NCBI RefSeq assembly: GCF_000186885.1
Contig: NC_014972.1
Location: 540,001-572,000 of the forward strand
Reading direction: 5' to 3'
Origin: Desulfobulbus propionicus DSM 2032
GTDB taxonomy: Bacteria; Desulfobacterota; Desulfobulbia; Desulfobulbales; Desulfobulbaceae
DNA length: 32,000 nt
A model generated the notes under the pieces. That model was not told where the DNA came from, searched no databases, and worked only from the letters and a program-made list of their open reading frames with translations. Both the position numbers and the translations under genes were made by a program. This document shows positions 1 to 10,181 of this stretch, piece after piece; the stretch's first letter is position 1, and each line of letters begins with the position of its first letter.

Positions 1-1
1 G

Positions 2-739
2 AAGCTGGTCGAGTTTGCCAAGGCGCACAATATCCCGGTGCCGGTGACCAAGAAAAATCCCTACAGCTCGGACGAGAACCTGCTCCATATCAGCTTTGAG
101 GGTGGCATCCTTGAAGATCCGTGGAACGAGCCGGACGAGGACATGTTCAAGCTGACCGTGAGCCCGGAAAAGGCGCCGGATACGCCCACCTACATCGAAA
201 TTGATTTCGAGCAGGGCACACCGGTGGCCATCGACGGCGAGCGGCTCGGTCCGGTGGCCCTGATGAGCAAACTCAACAGCCTGGGTGGGGCCAACGGCAT
301 CGGCCGGCTCGACATGGTCGAGAACCGTTTTGTCGGCATGAAGTCGCGCGGCGTCTACGAAACCCCCGGCGGCACCATCCTGCGGGCCGCGCACCGCGAT
401 CTGGAAACCATCACCCTAGACCGAGAAGTGCTCAATATTCGCGATAGTTTGGTGCCGCGCTACTCGCAGCTGATCTACAACGGTTTCTGGTTCTCGCCGG
501 AAATGCGCCTCTTGCAGCGGACCATGGATGATGCCCAGACCACGGTCAACGGCACGGTGCGGCTCAAGCTCTACAAGGGCAACTGCATCCCCGTGGGCCG
601 AAAATCAGCCAACTCGCTCTATTCCGAGTCCTTTGCCACCTTTGAGGAAGACGAGGTCTACAACCAGGCGGACGCCACCGGCTTTATCCGCCTCAACGCC
701 CTGCGCCTGCGCATCCAGGCCCACCAACGGATGAAATGA
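2..739 (+). CDS. argG: Argininosuccinate synthase, C-terminal part (gene runs off the 5' edge of the window)
   Basis: The frame is open from position 2 ([22 protein letters not shown]...), so the Met at 38 is internal. ArgG-type motifs are present: [10 protein letters not shown] and [18 protein letters not shown]. The stop overlaps the argH start (ATGA at 736-739). Confidence 0.9.
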   Translation, partial: KLVEFAKAHNIPVPVTKKNPYSSDENLLHISFEGGILEDPWNEPDEDMFKLTVSPEKAPDTPTYIEIDFEQGTPVAIDGERLGPVALMSKLNSLGGANGIGRLDMVENRFVGMKSRGVYETPGGTILRAAHRDLETITLDREVLNIRDSLVPRYSQLIYNGFWFSPEMRLLQRTMDDAQTTVNGTVRLKLYKGNCIPVGRKSANSLYSESFATFEEDEVYNQADATGFIRLNALRLRIQAHQRMK

Positions 740-2142
740 GCGTGGACAGCACAAACCCCGCCGGCAAGATGTGGGGCGGCCGTTTCAGTGAGGCCACTGC
801 CGCCTCGGTTGAGGCCTTTTCCGCCTCGATCCAGTACGATGCCCGCCTCTACCACCATGATATCATGGGCTCCAAGGCGCATGCGCGGATGCTCGCCCGG
901 CAGGGGTTGATCACCGAGGCGGAACGGGATGCCATCCTCCAGGGGTTGACCGAGATCGAGGCCGAAATCGACCGCGGCGAGTTTGTCTTTCGGCCCGAGC
1001 TGGAAGACATTCACATGAATATCGAAAAGGTCCTGACCGAGCGGATCGGTCCGGCCGGGGCCAAACTGCACACCGCCCGCAGCCGCAACGACCAGGTCAA
1101 TCTCGATTTCCGCCTTTACCTGCGCGACGAAGCCGATGCCCTGGACGCGCTGCTGTGCGAGACGCAGCGGGCCTTTGCCCGTCTGGCTCGCAAGTATCTG
1201 GGCGTGGTCATGCCCGGGTACACCCACCTGCAACGGGCCCAACCGGTGCTGCTCTCCCATCATCTGCTCGCCTATGTGGAGATGTTTGGCCGCGACCGCG
1301 ACCGGTTGGCCGGCTGTCGGCAGCGGATCAACATCATGCCGCTCGGTGCCGCGGCCATGGCCGGTACCGGTCTGCCGATCGACCGGGAATCAGTGGCTGC
1401 GGAGCTTGGCTTTACCGCCATCACCGCCAACTCCATGGACACCACCGGTGATCGCGACTTTGCCCTGGAGATGCTGTTCTGTCTCAACCTGATCCAGCTC
1501 CACCTCAGCCGTCTGTCCGAGGAGTTGGTGCTGTGGTCGTCCAAGGAGTTCGAGTTCGTCCAGATCGGTGATCGCTACTGCACCGGCTCGTCGATCATGC
1601 CGCAGAAAAAGAATCCGGATATTCCCGAGTTGATCCGCGGCAAGACCGGCAGGGTCACTGGTGCCCTGATGGCGCTGTTGATGACGGTCAAGGGGTTGCC
1701 CCTGACCTACAACCGCGACCTGCAGGAAGACAAGGAGCAGGTGTTCGACGCCCTGGACACGGTCAAGGCCAGCCTGGCGATCACCGCCGAACTGCTCGAC
1801 CATACCGCCTTCAATGTCGAGCGGTTGCGGGCCGCCACCAGCGGCGGTTTCATGACCGCCACCGATCTCGCCGATTACCTGGTACGGCGCAACATGCCCT
1901 TTCGCGAGGCGCATGGCGTGGTGGGACGGGTCGTTGCCTTCTGCCAGGAGCGAAACTGCGAGCTGGTTGACCTGACCCTTGCGGAATTGCAATCCTTTTC
2001 AGCATTGATCGAGACCGATGTGTACGGGGTCCTGTCCGTTGAGGGGTCGGTGAATAGCCGAGTTTCCGCTGGCGGCACCGGGCGGGCGAGAGTGGAGGAG
2101 GCCCTGTCGCGAGTGGAACAACTCCTGGGAATGACGATATGA
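736..2142 (+). CDS. argH: Argininosuccinate lyase
   Basis: 468 aa with a WGGRFSE N-terminus and the fumarate-lyase family signature [12 protein letters not shown]. It directly follows argG with an ATGA overlap. Confidence 0.93.
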   Translation: MSVDSTNPAGKMWGGRFSEATAASVEAFSASIQYDARLYHHDIMGSKAHARMLARQGLITEAERDAILQGLTEIEAEIDRGEFVFRPELEDIHMNIEKVLTERIGPAGAKLHTARSRNDQVNLDFRLYLRDEADALDALLCETQRAFARLARKYLGVVMPGYTHLQRAQPVLLSHHLLAYVEMFGRDRDRLAGCRQRINIMPLGAAAMAGTGLPIDRESVAAELGFTAITANSMDTTGDRDFALEMLFCLNLIQLHLSRLSEELVLWSSKEFEFVQIGDRYCTGSSIMPQKKNPDIPELIRGKTGRVTGALMALLMTVKGLPLTYNRDLQEDKEQVFDALDTVKASLAITAELLDHTAFNVERLRAATSGGFMTATDLADYLVRRNMPFREAHGVVGRVVAFCQERNCELVDLTLAELQSFSALIETDVYGVLSVEGSVNSRVSAGGTGRARVEEALSRVEQLLGMTI

Positions 2143-3191
2143 AAAAGGGCGGCGGCCGGTTCGGGAAAGCAACCTGTTTGTTGGCAATGCTGGCCCTGTG
2201 GTTCCCTTTGGGATGCGGTGTCAAGAACAACCCGGTTCCGCCGCAGCATGTGGTGCCCAACCCGGTCCTCGATCTCAAGGCTGAGGTGACGGATCAGGGC
2301 GCCGTGCTGTCATGGAGTTATCCCCGGGAAACGGTTACCGGTGAGGCGGTGGAGGAAATCGAGGGCTTTGCGCTCTGCCGGGCCGAAATCCCGGTGGATA
2401 GCTACTGTAAAACCTGCCCCATTCCCTACAGCGCCGTGATCGAGGTGCCCGGCGGCCTGCTCGCTGATGGCGGCAAAACCGCAAGCTATGAGGCAAAGGA
2501 TCTGCGGCCTGGTAACCTCTACTTTTTCAAGGTGCGCAGTCAGAGCGGCTGGTGGCGGGAATCCAAGGACTCCAACGAGGTTTCCTTCCTCTGGCAAACC
2601 CCGCCCCTGGCACCCGAGGGCCTGACCGCAACTGCTGGGGATGGCAGAAACAGTCTCCAATGGCAGGCGGTCACCCGGCTGCGCGATGGGGCCTCGCTCA
2701 CCGTACCGGTGCGCTACCAACTCTATCGCGGTGTTGACAACGGTTCCATGGCCCAACTCGGTGGCCCCCTTGCGGCCACCGCCTACACCGATAGCGAGGT
2801 GGAAAACGGCCGAACGTACACTTACCAGGTTCAGGCGGCCAACACCTATGCCCACGGCACGGTACATAGCGCCTTGAGCGCCACCGTCCAGGCCAAGCCG
2901 CTTGATCGGACCCCTCCGCCCGTACCCGCTGGCGTGGAAGGAATCAGGACCGAAGTGGGCGTGAAACTGTATTGGGATCAAATCGAATTTGACGATTTGG
3001 CCGGGTATCGAATCTACCGTCGTGCCCCGGGTGGAGAGATCGTGCGTGTTGGTGAGGTATTCCTGCCGTACACCATGTTCATCGATAGCAAGGCGCCTGG
3101 CGGTACCCTGTTGTATTCGGTCTCCGCCATCGACAGGCGCAATCCGGCCAACGAAAGCGCCCGATCCGAGGAAATCGTGATCGAACCGTAA
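2139..3191 (+). CDS. Lipoprotein with three FN3-like repeats
   Basis: 350 aa. Signal peptide plus lipobox (LAMLALWFPLG-C). Three ~90-aa repeats show an FN3-like pattern (LSWSYP...YFFKVRS; LQWQAV...YTYQVQA; LYWDQ...LYSVSAID). The ATG overlaps the argH stop (ATGA, 2139-2142). Confidence 0.6.
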   Translation: MKKGGGRFGKATCLLAMLALWFPLGCGVKNNPVPPQHVVPNPVLDLKAEVTDQGAVLSWSYPRETVTGEAVEEIEGFALCRAEIPVDSYCKTCPIPYSAVIEVPGGLLADGGKTASYEAKDLRPGNLYFFKVRSQSGWWRESKDSNEVSFLWQTPPLAPEGLTATAGDGRNSLQWQAVTRLRDGASLTVPVRYQLYRGVDNGSMAQLGGPLAATAYTDSEVENGRTYTYQVQAANTYAHGTVHSALSATVQAKPLDRTPPPVPAGVEGIRTEVGVKLYWDQIEFDDLAGYRIYRRAPGGEIVRVGEVFLPYTMFIDSKAPGGTLLYSVSAIDRRNPANESARSEEIVIEP

Positions 3192-3212
3192 GCGCGACGA
3201 GAGGCGCCGAGC

Positions 3213-4052
3213 ATGAACAGCATCACCCTGCCAATCCCTTTCTGGAAAATGAGTGGAGCCGGGAACGATTTCATCATCATTGACCATCGCAAACCACTGA
3301 TACCCCAGGAGCGGATGGCGGAATTTGCTCGACTGGTCTGCCGGCGCAAATTTTCCGTCGGCGCCGATGGACTGTTTTTGATCGAGCCCTCGACACGTGC
3401 CGATTTTAAATGGCGGTTTTTCAATGCCGACGGTTCCGAGGCGGAAATGTGCGGCAACGGCGCCCGTTGCGTGGCCCGTTTTGCCTACATGCACGGAATT
3501 GCCGCTGCCCGGATGCGTTTTGAAACCCTGGCCGGGATCGTTGAGGCCACAGTGGCCGATACCACCGCCACCATCAAGATGACGTCGCCCCATTCCTTTC
3601 GTTTTGATCGCCAGATCGAGGTGGGTGGGCAGTTGTTCATGGTCCACAGCGTCGACACCGGCGTGCCGCATGCGGTCATCTTTGTCGATGATATTGACGA
3701 GGTCGATATGGTGGGACTGGGTCGTCAACTTCGCCATCACCCGGTTTTTGCCCCGATGGGAACCAATGTTAATTTCGTCGGCAGGACGGGGGACGGTTTC
3801 CGTATCCGAACCTACGAGCGCGGCGTCGAGGACGAAACCATGGCCTGCGGCACCGGGGTGGTGGCCGGGGCGCTGATTGCCGCTGTCAAGGGCTATGCCG
3901 ATTCACCGGTGGCAATGGTCACCTCAGGGGGGATTGCCCTGACCGTGCAGTTTTCCGGCAAGAAGGGAACGGATGTCGACCAAGTCCTGCTCAAGGGGCC
4001 GGCCCATCTCATCTACCGAGGTGAACTGACCTCTGAGTCGCTGATTGCATAG
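3213..4052 (+). CDS. dapF: Diaminopimelate epimerase
   Basis: 279 aa with an N-terminal SGAGNDFIIID motif and both catalytic Cys motifs (MCGNGARC and MACGTG). Confidence 0.9.
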   Translation: MNSITLPIPFWKMSGAGNDFIIIDHRKPLIPQERMAEFARLVCRRKFSVGADGLFLIEPSTRADFKWRFFNADGSEAEMCGNGARCVARFAYMHGIAAARMRFETLAGIVEATVADTTATIKMTSPHSFRFDRQIEVGGQLFMVHSVDTGVPHAVIFVDDIDEVDMVGLGRQLRHHPVFAPMGTNVNFVGRTGDGFRIRTYERGVEDETMACGTGVVAGALIAAVKGYADSPVAMVTSGGIALTVQFSGKKGTDVDQVLLKGPAHLIYRGELTSESLIA

Positions 4053-4145
4053 CCGGCGTGTACGCATCCCTGGTCTGCCCCAAGGAGAATGACGAGACGG
4101 GTATTCGGCCGGAAAAAGCAAGAGAAGGAAGAAAAGGAGAAAAGG

Positions 4146-5027
4146 ATGAAACGATTTGAGGGAGCGATCACCGCACTCGTGACTCCCATGCGCAATGGCA
4201 GTATTGATGAGCAGAGCCTGATTGATCTGATCGAGTTTCAGATTGAAGGCGGCATTCATGGGATTGTCCCCTGCGGCACGACCGGCGAGTCGGCGACCCT
4301 GAGTTTTGACGAGCATAAACGGGTGATCGAACTGACCGTTAAAACCGTTCGGGGCAGGGTGCCAGTCATTGCCGGAACCGGGGCCAACAACACCCTGGAA
4401 GCCATCGAGTTGACCGAATCGGCGAAAAACAGTGGTGCCGATGCGGTGCTCTCAGTGGTGCCCTATTACAACAAGCCCAGCCAGGAAGGGTTGTATCGGC
4501 ATTTCACAACCATCCTTGAGGCGGTTGACATCCCCATGGTGCTGTACAATGTGCCCGGGCGGACGGTGACCAACATGCTGCCCGCCACGGTGGCCCGGCT
4601 GGCCACCCACCCCAATGTGATCGGCATCAAGGAGGCCAGCGGTAATCTCAGCCAGATCAGCGAACTACTGCAAGGATGTCCCAAGGATTTCATCGTGCTG
4701 TCCGGCGACGATTTCACCGCCATGCCCACGGTGCTGATCGGTGGCCGAGGGGTGATCTCGGTCGTCTCCAACCTGCAGCCGGCCAAGATGGCGGCCATGA
4801 TGGCGGCCGCGCTCGGTGGCAACGTGACCGAGGCCAAGGAACTGCACTATGAACTCTTCTCCTTGATGGGGGCCATGTTCTGCTACCCAAGCCCGGCGCC
4901 GGCGAAAAAGGGCCTGGAGTTGATGGGCAGGATTGCTTCCAGCGAGGTACGATTGCCCATGACCGAGATCGATGCAACCGGTTTGGAGCGGTTGAAGCAA
5001 GATATGAGGGCCTGCGGCCTGCTGTAA
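4146..5027 (+). CDS. dapA: 4-hydroxy-tetrahydrodipicolinate synthase
   Basis: Motifs ALVTPM, GTTGES, YNVPGRT and IGIKEASG (Schiff-base Lys). I prefer the ATG at 4146, preceded by AAGGAG and giving a canonical 293 aa. The ORF-track start at 4089 would add a K/E-rich 19-aa extension. Confidence 0.88.
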   Translation: MKRFEGAITALVTPMRNGSIDEQSLIDLIEFQIEGGIHGIVPCGTTGESATLSFDEHKRVIELTVKTVRGRVPVIAGTGANNTLEAIELTESAKNSGADAVLSVVPYYNKPSQEGLYRHFTTILEAVDIPMVLYNVPGRTVTNMLPATVARLATHPNVIGIKEASGNLSQISELLQGCPKDFIVLSGDDFTAMPTVLIGGRGVISVVSNLQPAKMAAMMAAALGGNVTEAKELHYELFSLMGAMFCYPSPAPAKKGLELMGRIASSEVRLPMTEIDATGLERLKQDMRACGLL

Positions 5028-5063
5028 GGCAGGAATTGACGGAACGAACGGACAGGAGAGGCG

Positions 5064-5876
5064 ATGATCAGGGTTATCGTGGCCGGTGCGGCCGGACGGA
5101 TGGGACAGCGCATTATTCACATGGTGCAGGCGCACCCGCAGTTGCGGCTCAGCGGCGCCTTTGAACGGCCGGGCAGTCCGGCCATCGGCAAGGATGCGGG
5201 GGCCATCAGCGGGCTGGGCGAAACCGGGGTACGGATCACTGAAGGGCTGGAATCGGTCATCGATCAGGCCGACGTGCTCGTCGATTTCACCTTTCACGAG
5301 GCGAGCGTGCAGTTTGCCCGCCAAGCCGCTGAACACGGTACCGCCATGGTTATCGGCACCACCGGCCTTGGGCCGGAGGAACTGGCTGCCATCGGCACGC
5401 TGGCCAAAGACCATTTTCCCTGCGTGCAGTCGCCGAATATGGCTGTAGGCGTCAATGTCCTCTTCAAGTTGGTGGAAAAGACAGCCGCCATCCTCGGCGA
5501 TGCCTACGACGTGGAGATCGTCGAGGCCCATCATCGGATGAAAAAAGACGCACCTTCGGGCACGGCCCTGAAATTGGGGCAAATGGCGGCGACCGCGCTT
5601 GGCCGTGATCTGGCCGAGGTCGGCGTCATGGAACGTCACGGTATCATCGGCGAGCGAACTGACCGTGAAATCGGTATCCAGGCCATCCGCGGGGGCGATA
5701 TCGTCGGTGAACACACCGTCTATTTTGCCGGGGCGGGCGAGCGATTGGAGATCACCCACCGGGCGACCAGCAGGGATAATTTTGCCCGTGGCGCGGCTCT
5801 CGCCGCCGCCTGGGTGGTCGATAAACCCAAGGGCATGTACACCATGTTCGACGTACTTGATTTGGCCAATTTTTAA
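5064..5876 (+). CDS. dapB: 4-hydroxy-tetrahydrodipicolinate reductase
   Basis: 270 aa with an N-terminal Rossmann motif (VAGAAGRMG) and the DapB signature EAHHRMKKDAPSGTA. Confidence 0.9.
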   Translation: MIRVIVAGAAGRMGQRIIHMVQAHPQLRLSGAFERPGSPAIGKDAGAISGLGETGVRITEGLESVIDQADVLVDFTFHEASVQFARQAAEHGTAMVIGTTGLGPEELAAIGTLAKDHFPCVQSPNMAVGVNVLFKLVEKTAAILGDAYDVEIVEAHHRMKKDAPSGTALKLGQMAATALGRDLAEVGVMERHGIIGERTDREIGIQAIRGGDIVGEHTVYFAGAGERLEITHRATSRDNFARGAALAAAWVVDKPKGMYTMFDVLDLANF

Positions 5877-5919
5877 CGGCCTATCGCCGGCCCGTTTGGT
5901 GTCGTGCGGTCCCTAGCCG

Positions 5920-6480
5920 ATGTCTTCCAGGGAAGTTATGGCGCATGAGGCGGTCATTGGCATGGGATCAAATATGGGAAAATCGCGGCAGATTCTGCAT
6001 GCGGCTTGGCTGGCGCTGCACGAGCATCCCGATATCGCTCCTCTTGTGCTTTCTTCGCCCTATCGCAGTCAGCCGGTGGGGATGGACAGCAACCGCTGGT
6101 TTATCAACGCGGTGGCCTTGGTCCACAGCCGGTTGTCACCGTTTAATCTGCTCCAGGTGCTACAAGCAATCGAGAACCGTCACGGGCGCCGGCGCAGTCC
6201 TCAGGCCAGCGGTTATCAGGACCGGACACTTGATCTTGACCTCCTGTTGTACGATGATCGCATCCTGCGCACCCCGCATCTGGTGCTGCCCCATCCACGG
6301 CTGACGCAACGGCGTTTTGTCCTGGAACCGTTATGCGAAATAGCAGCTGATCGAATCCACCCTATCAGCAGAATCCCTCTGAGATCGTTGCTCCTTGACG
6401 GTGAAAAAGAACTTTTCCATCAACATGTTGAGAAAGTGTCATGGGGTATTGCCGGTGGTGGGCCTAGTTCCAGGGAGTGA
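5920..6480 (+). CDS. folK: 2-amino-4-hydroxy-6-hydroxymethyldihydropteridine diphosphokinase (HPPK)
   Basis: Motifs AVIGMGSNMG, SSPYRSQPVG, RTLDLDLLLY and LPHPRLTQRRFVLEPL. The true start may be the ATG at 5938. The protein carries a ~25-aa C-terminal extension relative to typical HPPKs. Confidence 0.8.
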   Translation: MSSREVMAHEAVIGMGSNMGKSRQILHAAWLALHEHPDIAPLVLSSPYRSQPVGMDSNRWFINAVALVHSRLSPFNLLQVLQAIENRHGRRRSPQASGYQDRTLDLDLLLYDDRILRTPHLVLPHPRLTQRRFVLEPLCEIAADRIHPISRIPLRSLLLDGEKELFHQHVEKVSWGIAGGGPSSRE

Positions 6481-6510
6481 CAAAAAAAGTCACCTGGCGG
6501 GGCAAATCAA

Positions 6511-6539
6511 TTAGACATTTCGCCGGTCGCAGCTATAAT
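6511..6539 (+). promoter_or_regulatory. Sigma-70-type promoter candidate (TTAGAC - 17 nt - TATAAT)
   Basis: TTAGAC lies at 6511-6516, followed by an exactly 17-nt spacer and a perfect TATAAT at 6534-6539. This sits ~55 nt upstream of the ATG at 6596, which has a GGTGGA Shine-Dalgarno-like motif. It is a sequence pattern only. Confidence 0.4.
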
Positions 6540-6595
6540 GGACCCATGCTGGATACGGTTATGGCGAAACATTCCAAGGCGAAATCGGTGGATAC

Positions 6596-6862
6596 ATGAC
6601 CCCCTTGCGCCTGGTGTTCCTGATCGCTCTTGGCTATATCGGCTGGCGCATGTTGCGAGGCGGTTGGGGGGCAAAACGATCCACAAACGCTCACATGGCT
6701 ACTTCTGATCCCCAGGACGTACTGGTCGAAGATCCGGTCTGTCATGTCCTGATTCCAAAACACCAGGCCCTGCGTCTGCGCAGGGATGGGAAAACCTATT
6801 ATTTCTGCAGCGAACAGTGCTGTGATCAATTTGCCGGGCAAACGGAGCAAGGAGAATCATGA
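6596..6862 (+). CDS. Small membrane-anchored YHS/TRASH-type domain protein
   Basis: 88 aa. N-terminal hydrophobic helix ([14 protein letters not shown]) followed by [34 protein letters not shown], which is a YHS-domain pattern. The stop overlaps the next gene's start (ATGA, 6859-6862). Confidence 0.65.
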   Translation: MTPLRLVFLIALGYIGWRMLRGGWGAKRSTNAHMATSDPQDVLVEDPVCHVLIPKHQALRLRRDGKTYYFCSEQCCDQFAGQTEQGES

Positions 6863-7503
6863 AATTTTTTATCGATACCGCCAACATCGAAGAAATCAAA
6901 AAAGGCCTGGCCTTGGGCATGGTCGATGGTGTGACCACCAACCCCTCGTTGGTGGCCAAGGAACCCCGGCCCTTTCTTGAGATCCTCAAGGACATTTGTC
7001 AACTGGTCGAAGGGCCGGTCAGCGCCGAGGTCATCAGCGTGGAGGCGGACGGCATGGTGGCCGAGGCACGTGAGTTGGTGAAGATCGCGGATAATATCGT
7101 GATCAAGATCCCGATGATTGAAGAAGGGCTCAAGGCGGTGAAACGATTGACGGCCGAGGGTATCAAAACCAATGTCACCCTGATCTTTTCGGCCTCTCAG
7201 GCCCTGCTTGCGGCCAAGGCCGGCGCCACCTACGTCAGTCCCTTTGTCGGCCGTCTCGACGACATTTCGGTAAACGGTCTTGATCTGATTGCCGATATAA
7301 TGACTATACTGCGCAATTACGGCTTCGCCACCGAGGTCATCGTTGCGTCGGTCCGCAGTCCGATGCATGTGGTCGAGTCAGCCTTGCTCGGGGCGGATAT
7401 CGCCACCATCCCCTACAAGGTCATTGCCCAGCTGGCGAAACACCCGTTGACCGACATCGGCATGCAGCAATTCCTCGCCGATTGGGAAAAACGTAAAAAA
7501 TAA
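6859..7503 (+). CDS. fsa: Short-type (3B) transaldolase / fructose-6-phosphate aldolase
   Basis: 214 aa with the canonical N-terminus [15 protein letters not shown], plus [20 protein letters not shown] (Schiff-base Lys region) and SPFVGRLDD. Confidence 0.88.
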   Translation: MKFFIDTANIEEIKKGLALGMVDGVTTNPSLVAKEPRPFLEILKDICQLVEGPVSAEVISVEADGMVAEARELVKIADNIVIKIPMIEEGLKAVKRLTAEGIKTNVTLIFSASQALLAAKAGATYVSPFVGRLDDISVNGLDLIADIMTILRNYGFATEVIVASVRSPMHVVESALLGADIATIPYKVIAQLAKHPLTDIGMQQFLADWEKRKK

Positions 7504-7515
7504 ACAAGGTACCGT

Positions 7516-8247
7516 ATGCTCTCCCGCCTTCGTCTGACAGTATTTCTCCTTTTGGTGATTTCACTGCCGGTTTCGGCAGGGGCGGCGATGTACGCCTATG
7601 TCGATGCCCGGGGTATTTGCCATTACACCAATGTACCGGGGAGCGGGCGATACAAACTGAGTAATAAACCGCCCAGACGATTGGGTTCGCCGGAAGATCA
7701 ACTCGTTCGGGTCATCACTCGACGTTCGACCAGCGGATTGGCTCGGGCCAATGTGCCGAACAGGGGGGATTATCGCGGCAACTACTTTGGGTACCGCACC
7801 GCGCCGCAGACCTTGAATCGCTATATTCAGATGGCGGCCATGAACCATCAGGTCGATCCTCTGCTGATCAAAGCGGTGATCAAGGCGGAGTCCAATTTCG
7901 ATCCCAACGCGATCTCTCCCAAGGGCGCGCAAGGTTTGATGCAGCTCATGCCCGGCACGGCCAAGGATCTACGGGTGCATGATCCGTTTGATCCGTTGCA
8001 GAATATTAACGGCGGCACGAAATATCTGAGGTATCTGCTTGACAATTTTAATGGGAATGTGGAATTAAGTCTGGCTGCATACAACGCAGGTCCGGCGAAT
8101 GTAGCTCCATACGGGGTTATTCCCAGTATCCCCGAAACCCAAAACTACGTCGCCAAGGTGATGGAAACTTATCGTTCCTACCGCAACGGCGGCCGGACAT
8201 CGCTTCCCTCAAATATCAATGTCCGGCAAATGGTAACCGTCAATTGA
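7516..8247 (+). CDS. Lytic transglycosylase (N-terminal DUF4124-like segment plus SLT domain)
   Basis: 243 aa. Signal peptide, then [17 protein letters not shown] (DUF4124-like). SLT catalytic motifs are present: [25 protein letters not shown] and AAYNAG. Confidence 0.8.
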   Translation: MLSRLRLTVFLLLVISLPVSAGAAMYAYVDARGICHYTNVPGSGRYKLSNKPPRRLGSPEDQLVRVITRRSTSGLARANVPNRGDYRGNYFGYRTAPQTLNRYIQMAAMNHQVDPLLIKAVIKAESNFDPNAISPKGAQGLMQLMPGTAKDLRVHDPFDPLQNINGGTKYLRYLLDNFNGNVELSLAAYNAGPANVAPYGVIPSIPETQNYVAKVMETYRSYRNGGRTSLPSNINVRQMVTVN

Positions 8248-8816
8248 ATCGCAGTGCCAAAATTCTCAATCTTCCCAATCTGATCACAGGCAGCCGGTTT
8301 GTTCTTTCCGGCTGCCTGATGTTGCTTTTGCTCCTCGAACAGACACCATCCACGGCCTTGACCGCGTGGCTGGTCTTCACCATCGCCGCCGGTTCCGACT
8401 GGATTGACGGTTATTTTGCCCGAAAATACAAGACGGTCACCGTCTTGGGGCAATTGATGGACCCGTTGGCGGACAAGGTGCTGGTCACCACGGCCTTGGT
8501 CATGCTCATTCCTTCCGGCAAACTCCCCGCGTGGGTGGCGCTGATCATCCTTTGTCGCGAAATTGTGGTCACCGGCCTGCGTGGTGTCGCTTCTTCCAGC
8601 GGCGTGGTGGTGGCGGCCAGCGGTCTTGGGAAATGGAAATCCACCATCCAGTATATCGGTTTGGGAACACTCATTTTCCCTCTTGGCGTCTTGCCTATCC
8701 CCTCCCTCCACCAAATTGGTCTTGCCATTTTGTATGTGGCGTTAGTGCTCACCGTTTGGTCGGGAATCGATTATTTTTACAAGCTCCGGCGGATTTTTCT
8801 TGAGGAAGAGCGGTAG
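8244..8816 (+). CDS. pgsA: CDP-diacylglycerol--glycerol-3-phosphate 3-phosphatidyltransferase
   Basis: 190 aa with [10 protein letters not shown] and the CDP-alcohol phosphatidyltransferase motif [24 protein letters not shown]. The only plausible start upstream of the conserved N-terminus is the TTG at 8244, which overlaps the previous stop (TTGA). Confidence 0.85.
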   Translation: MNRSAKILNLPNLITGSRFVLSGCLMLLLLLEQTPSTALTAWLVFTIAAGSDWIDGYFARKYKTVTVLGQLMDPLADKVLVTTALVMLIPSGKLPAWVALIILCREIVVTGLRGVASSSGVVVAASGLGKWKSTIQYIGLGTLIFPLGVLPIPSLHQIGLAILYVALVLTVWSGIDYFYKLRRIFLEEER

Positions 8817-9047
8817 CGATTCGGCGAAAGTGTCGGTGTGTGTGGAGCGCTTCCTGGCTCAATATGGATCTGGATTTCTTCCTCGCAACATTGCCAGCCA
8901 AGATGAGCCGCAATCACTGAAGTTGTTGTGGAAAATTTTAGACCGCCGCTACTTTATCGACCAAAGCCGATTACAGTGCTACTTGTCGCATCCGCTGCGT
9001 AGTCACAGGCAAACTCACTTTACTGGACATTTCTGCTTGAACTATAT

Positions 9048-10181
9048 TTAACGAGTCATCTCAGCAAATAAATTTGCGTACGCTTTCCCCAAGGCGGGTC
9101 CTGAGAAAAATTTTTCATACCGGGCACGGGCACCGTTCCCCAATTTTTTGGCAAAAAGTGTTTCCTGCAACAGACAATTCATTGCCTGTGCCAATTCGAA
9201 CGGATGCTCAGGGGGCACGACTAGCCCAGATTCCGCGTGCTTGTTGACGAGGGACGTACCGGTACCGATTTCACAGGAGATCATTGGGCGTGCGAACATG
9301 GCGGCCTCGACCAAGGTCATGCCAAAGGCTTCAGCGCGAAGATGAGAGGGCTGGACAACAGCACGGCAATGCCGAAGAAGAGCAATTTTTTCGGTATTGG
9401 TTACTCGACCAGCGAAAATCACGTTGTTCACAGCGGCATCTTTGACCAAATTTTCAAGGCGTTCCTGTTCAGGTCCCGTTCCGGCGATTACCACTTTCCC
9501 ATTTACATCTTTTGCGGCACGGATCAATGAGTGGAGGCCCTTGTAATACCGCAGCACGCCGACGAATAAAAAATAGGGGTCTGTTGCATGTAACTGCAGA
9601 CGAACAAAGACGCTATCGTCACTGCTCGTAGGATAAGAATGCTCATCAATACCCAGTGGAATGATGCGTACTTTATGGCGCAGGGTAGGAAGAGACAGAA
9701 TTGGGCTGGTTTGTGCGTATGTCGTTGAAGTGGCAACGATGGCGGCCATCGAGTGCAATGTATGCACCATGATCGGTTTATATGTCATTCCAAGAAGACG
9801 TTGACGGACGATATCTGAGTGATAGACCATCACTGAGGGTTTGCCGCAGCTGCCTAAGGCATGTAGGATATCCGCATACGGCCAAGGGAAATGATACACA
9901 AGAATATCAGACTGGCGTACCAGTGTCCTGAATGTCCTGCAGGAATCAAGTCCTCCTAGATCGCAAGACGCAGGAGCCAGCCAAGATCGACAGCGTACGA
10001 CGCTGCCCTCTGGTCGTTCTAGACGTGACGGTTCTGGGTGTGGGCTGAGCGTAAAAATAGTAGAATCGACTCCCTGAGCTTGGGTGGCCAACGCAATCTG
10101 GCGAATCGCTTCCTGTAAGCCACCAGGGGGATCAGGAAAATAGGTCCGATACACATGAAGTGCCCTGAGTCTGTTAGTCAC
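9048..10181 (-). CDS. GT4-family glycosyltransferase (WbpZ/WbdC-like N-terminus)
   Basis: 377 aa. N-terminus LHVYRTYFPDPPGGLQEAI. E-x7-E region EAFGMTLVEAAMFARPMISCEIGTGTS. GTG start in a 4-nt overlap with the upstream GT4 stop (10178-10181). Confidence 0.8.
   Translation of the reverse strand: MTNRLRALHVYRTYFPDPPGGLQEAIRQIALATQAQGVDSTIFTLSPHPEPSRLERPEGSVVRCRSWLAPASCDLGGLDSCRTFRTLVRQSDILVYHFPWPYADILHALGSCGKPSVMVYHSDIVRQRLLGMTYKPIMVHTLHSMAAIVATSTTYAQTSPILSLPTLRHKVRIIPLGIDEHSYPTSSDDSVFVRLQLHATDPYFLFVGVLRYYKGLHSLIRAAKDVNGKVVIAGTGPEQERLENLVKDAAVNNVIFAGRVTNTEKIALLRHCRAVVQPSHLRAEAFGMTLVEAAMFARPMISCEIGTGTSLVNKHAESGLVVPPEHPFELAQAMNCLLQETLFAKKLGNGARARYEKFFSGPALGKAYANLFAEMTR

Noticed and set aside
4089..4145. 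An upstream start for dapA giving a K/E-rich N-terminal extension (MTRRVFGRKKQEKEEKEKR).
   Set aside because: The purine-rich stretch reads better as the Shine-Dalgarno region (AAGGAG) for the ATG at 4146, which yields a canonical-length DapA beginning just before the conserved ALVTPM segment.
658..8714. Long antisense ORFs opposite the housekeeping genes: 658-1263, 1390-1992, 2310-3740 (476 aa), 4665-5759 (364 aa), 6826-7368 and 8178-8714.
   Set aside because: These are typical shadow ORFs of high-GC coding DNA. They are Arg/Gly/Pro/His-rich with no recognisable motifs, and each is fully overlapped by a sense gene with strong family signatures.
8809..8816. AGCGGTAG, a 7-of-8 match to the ops/JUMPstart core GGCGGTAG that is often found ahead of polysaccharide operons.
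   Set aside because: It is on the + strand at the pgsA stop codon, which is downstream of, and on the opposite strand to, the - strand glycan operon. A single 7-of-8 octamer is expected by chance.
8800..9051. An 83-aa ORF in the 230-bp convergent gap between pgsA and the last GT4 gene.
   Set aside because: It has no motif and no convincing RBS, starts inside pgsA and has atypical composition. The gap is most simply the non-coding boundary between the core block and the glycan locus. I also found no convincing rho-independent terminator hairpin there.
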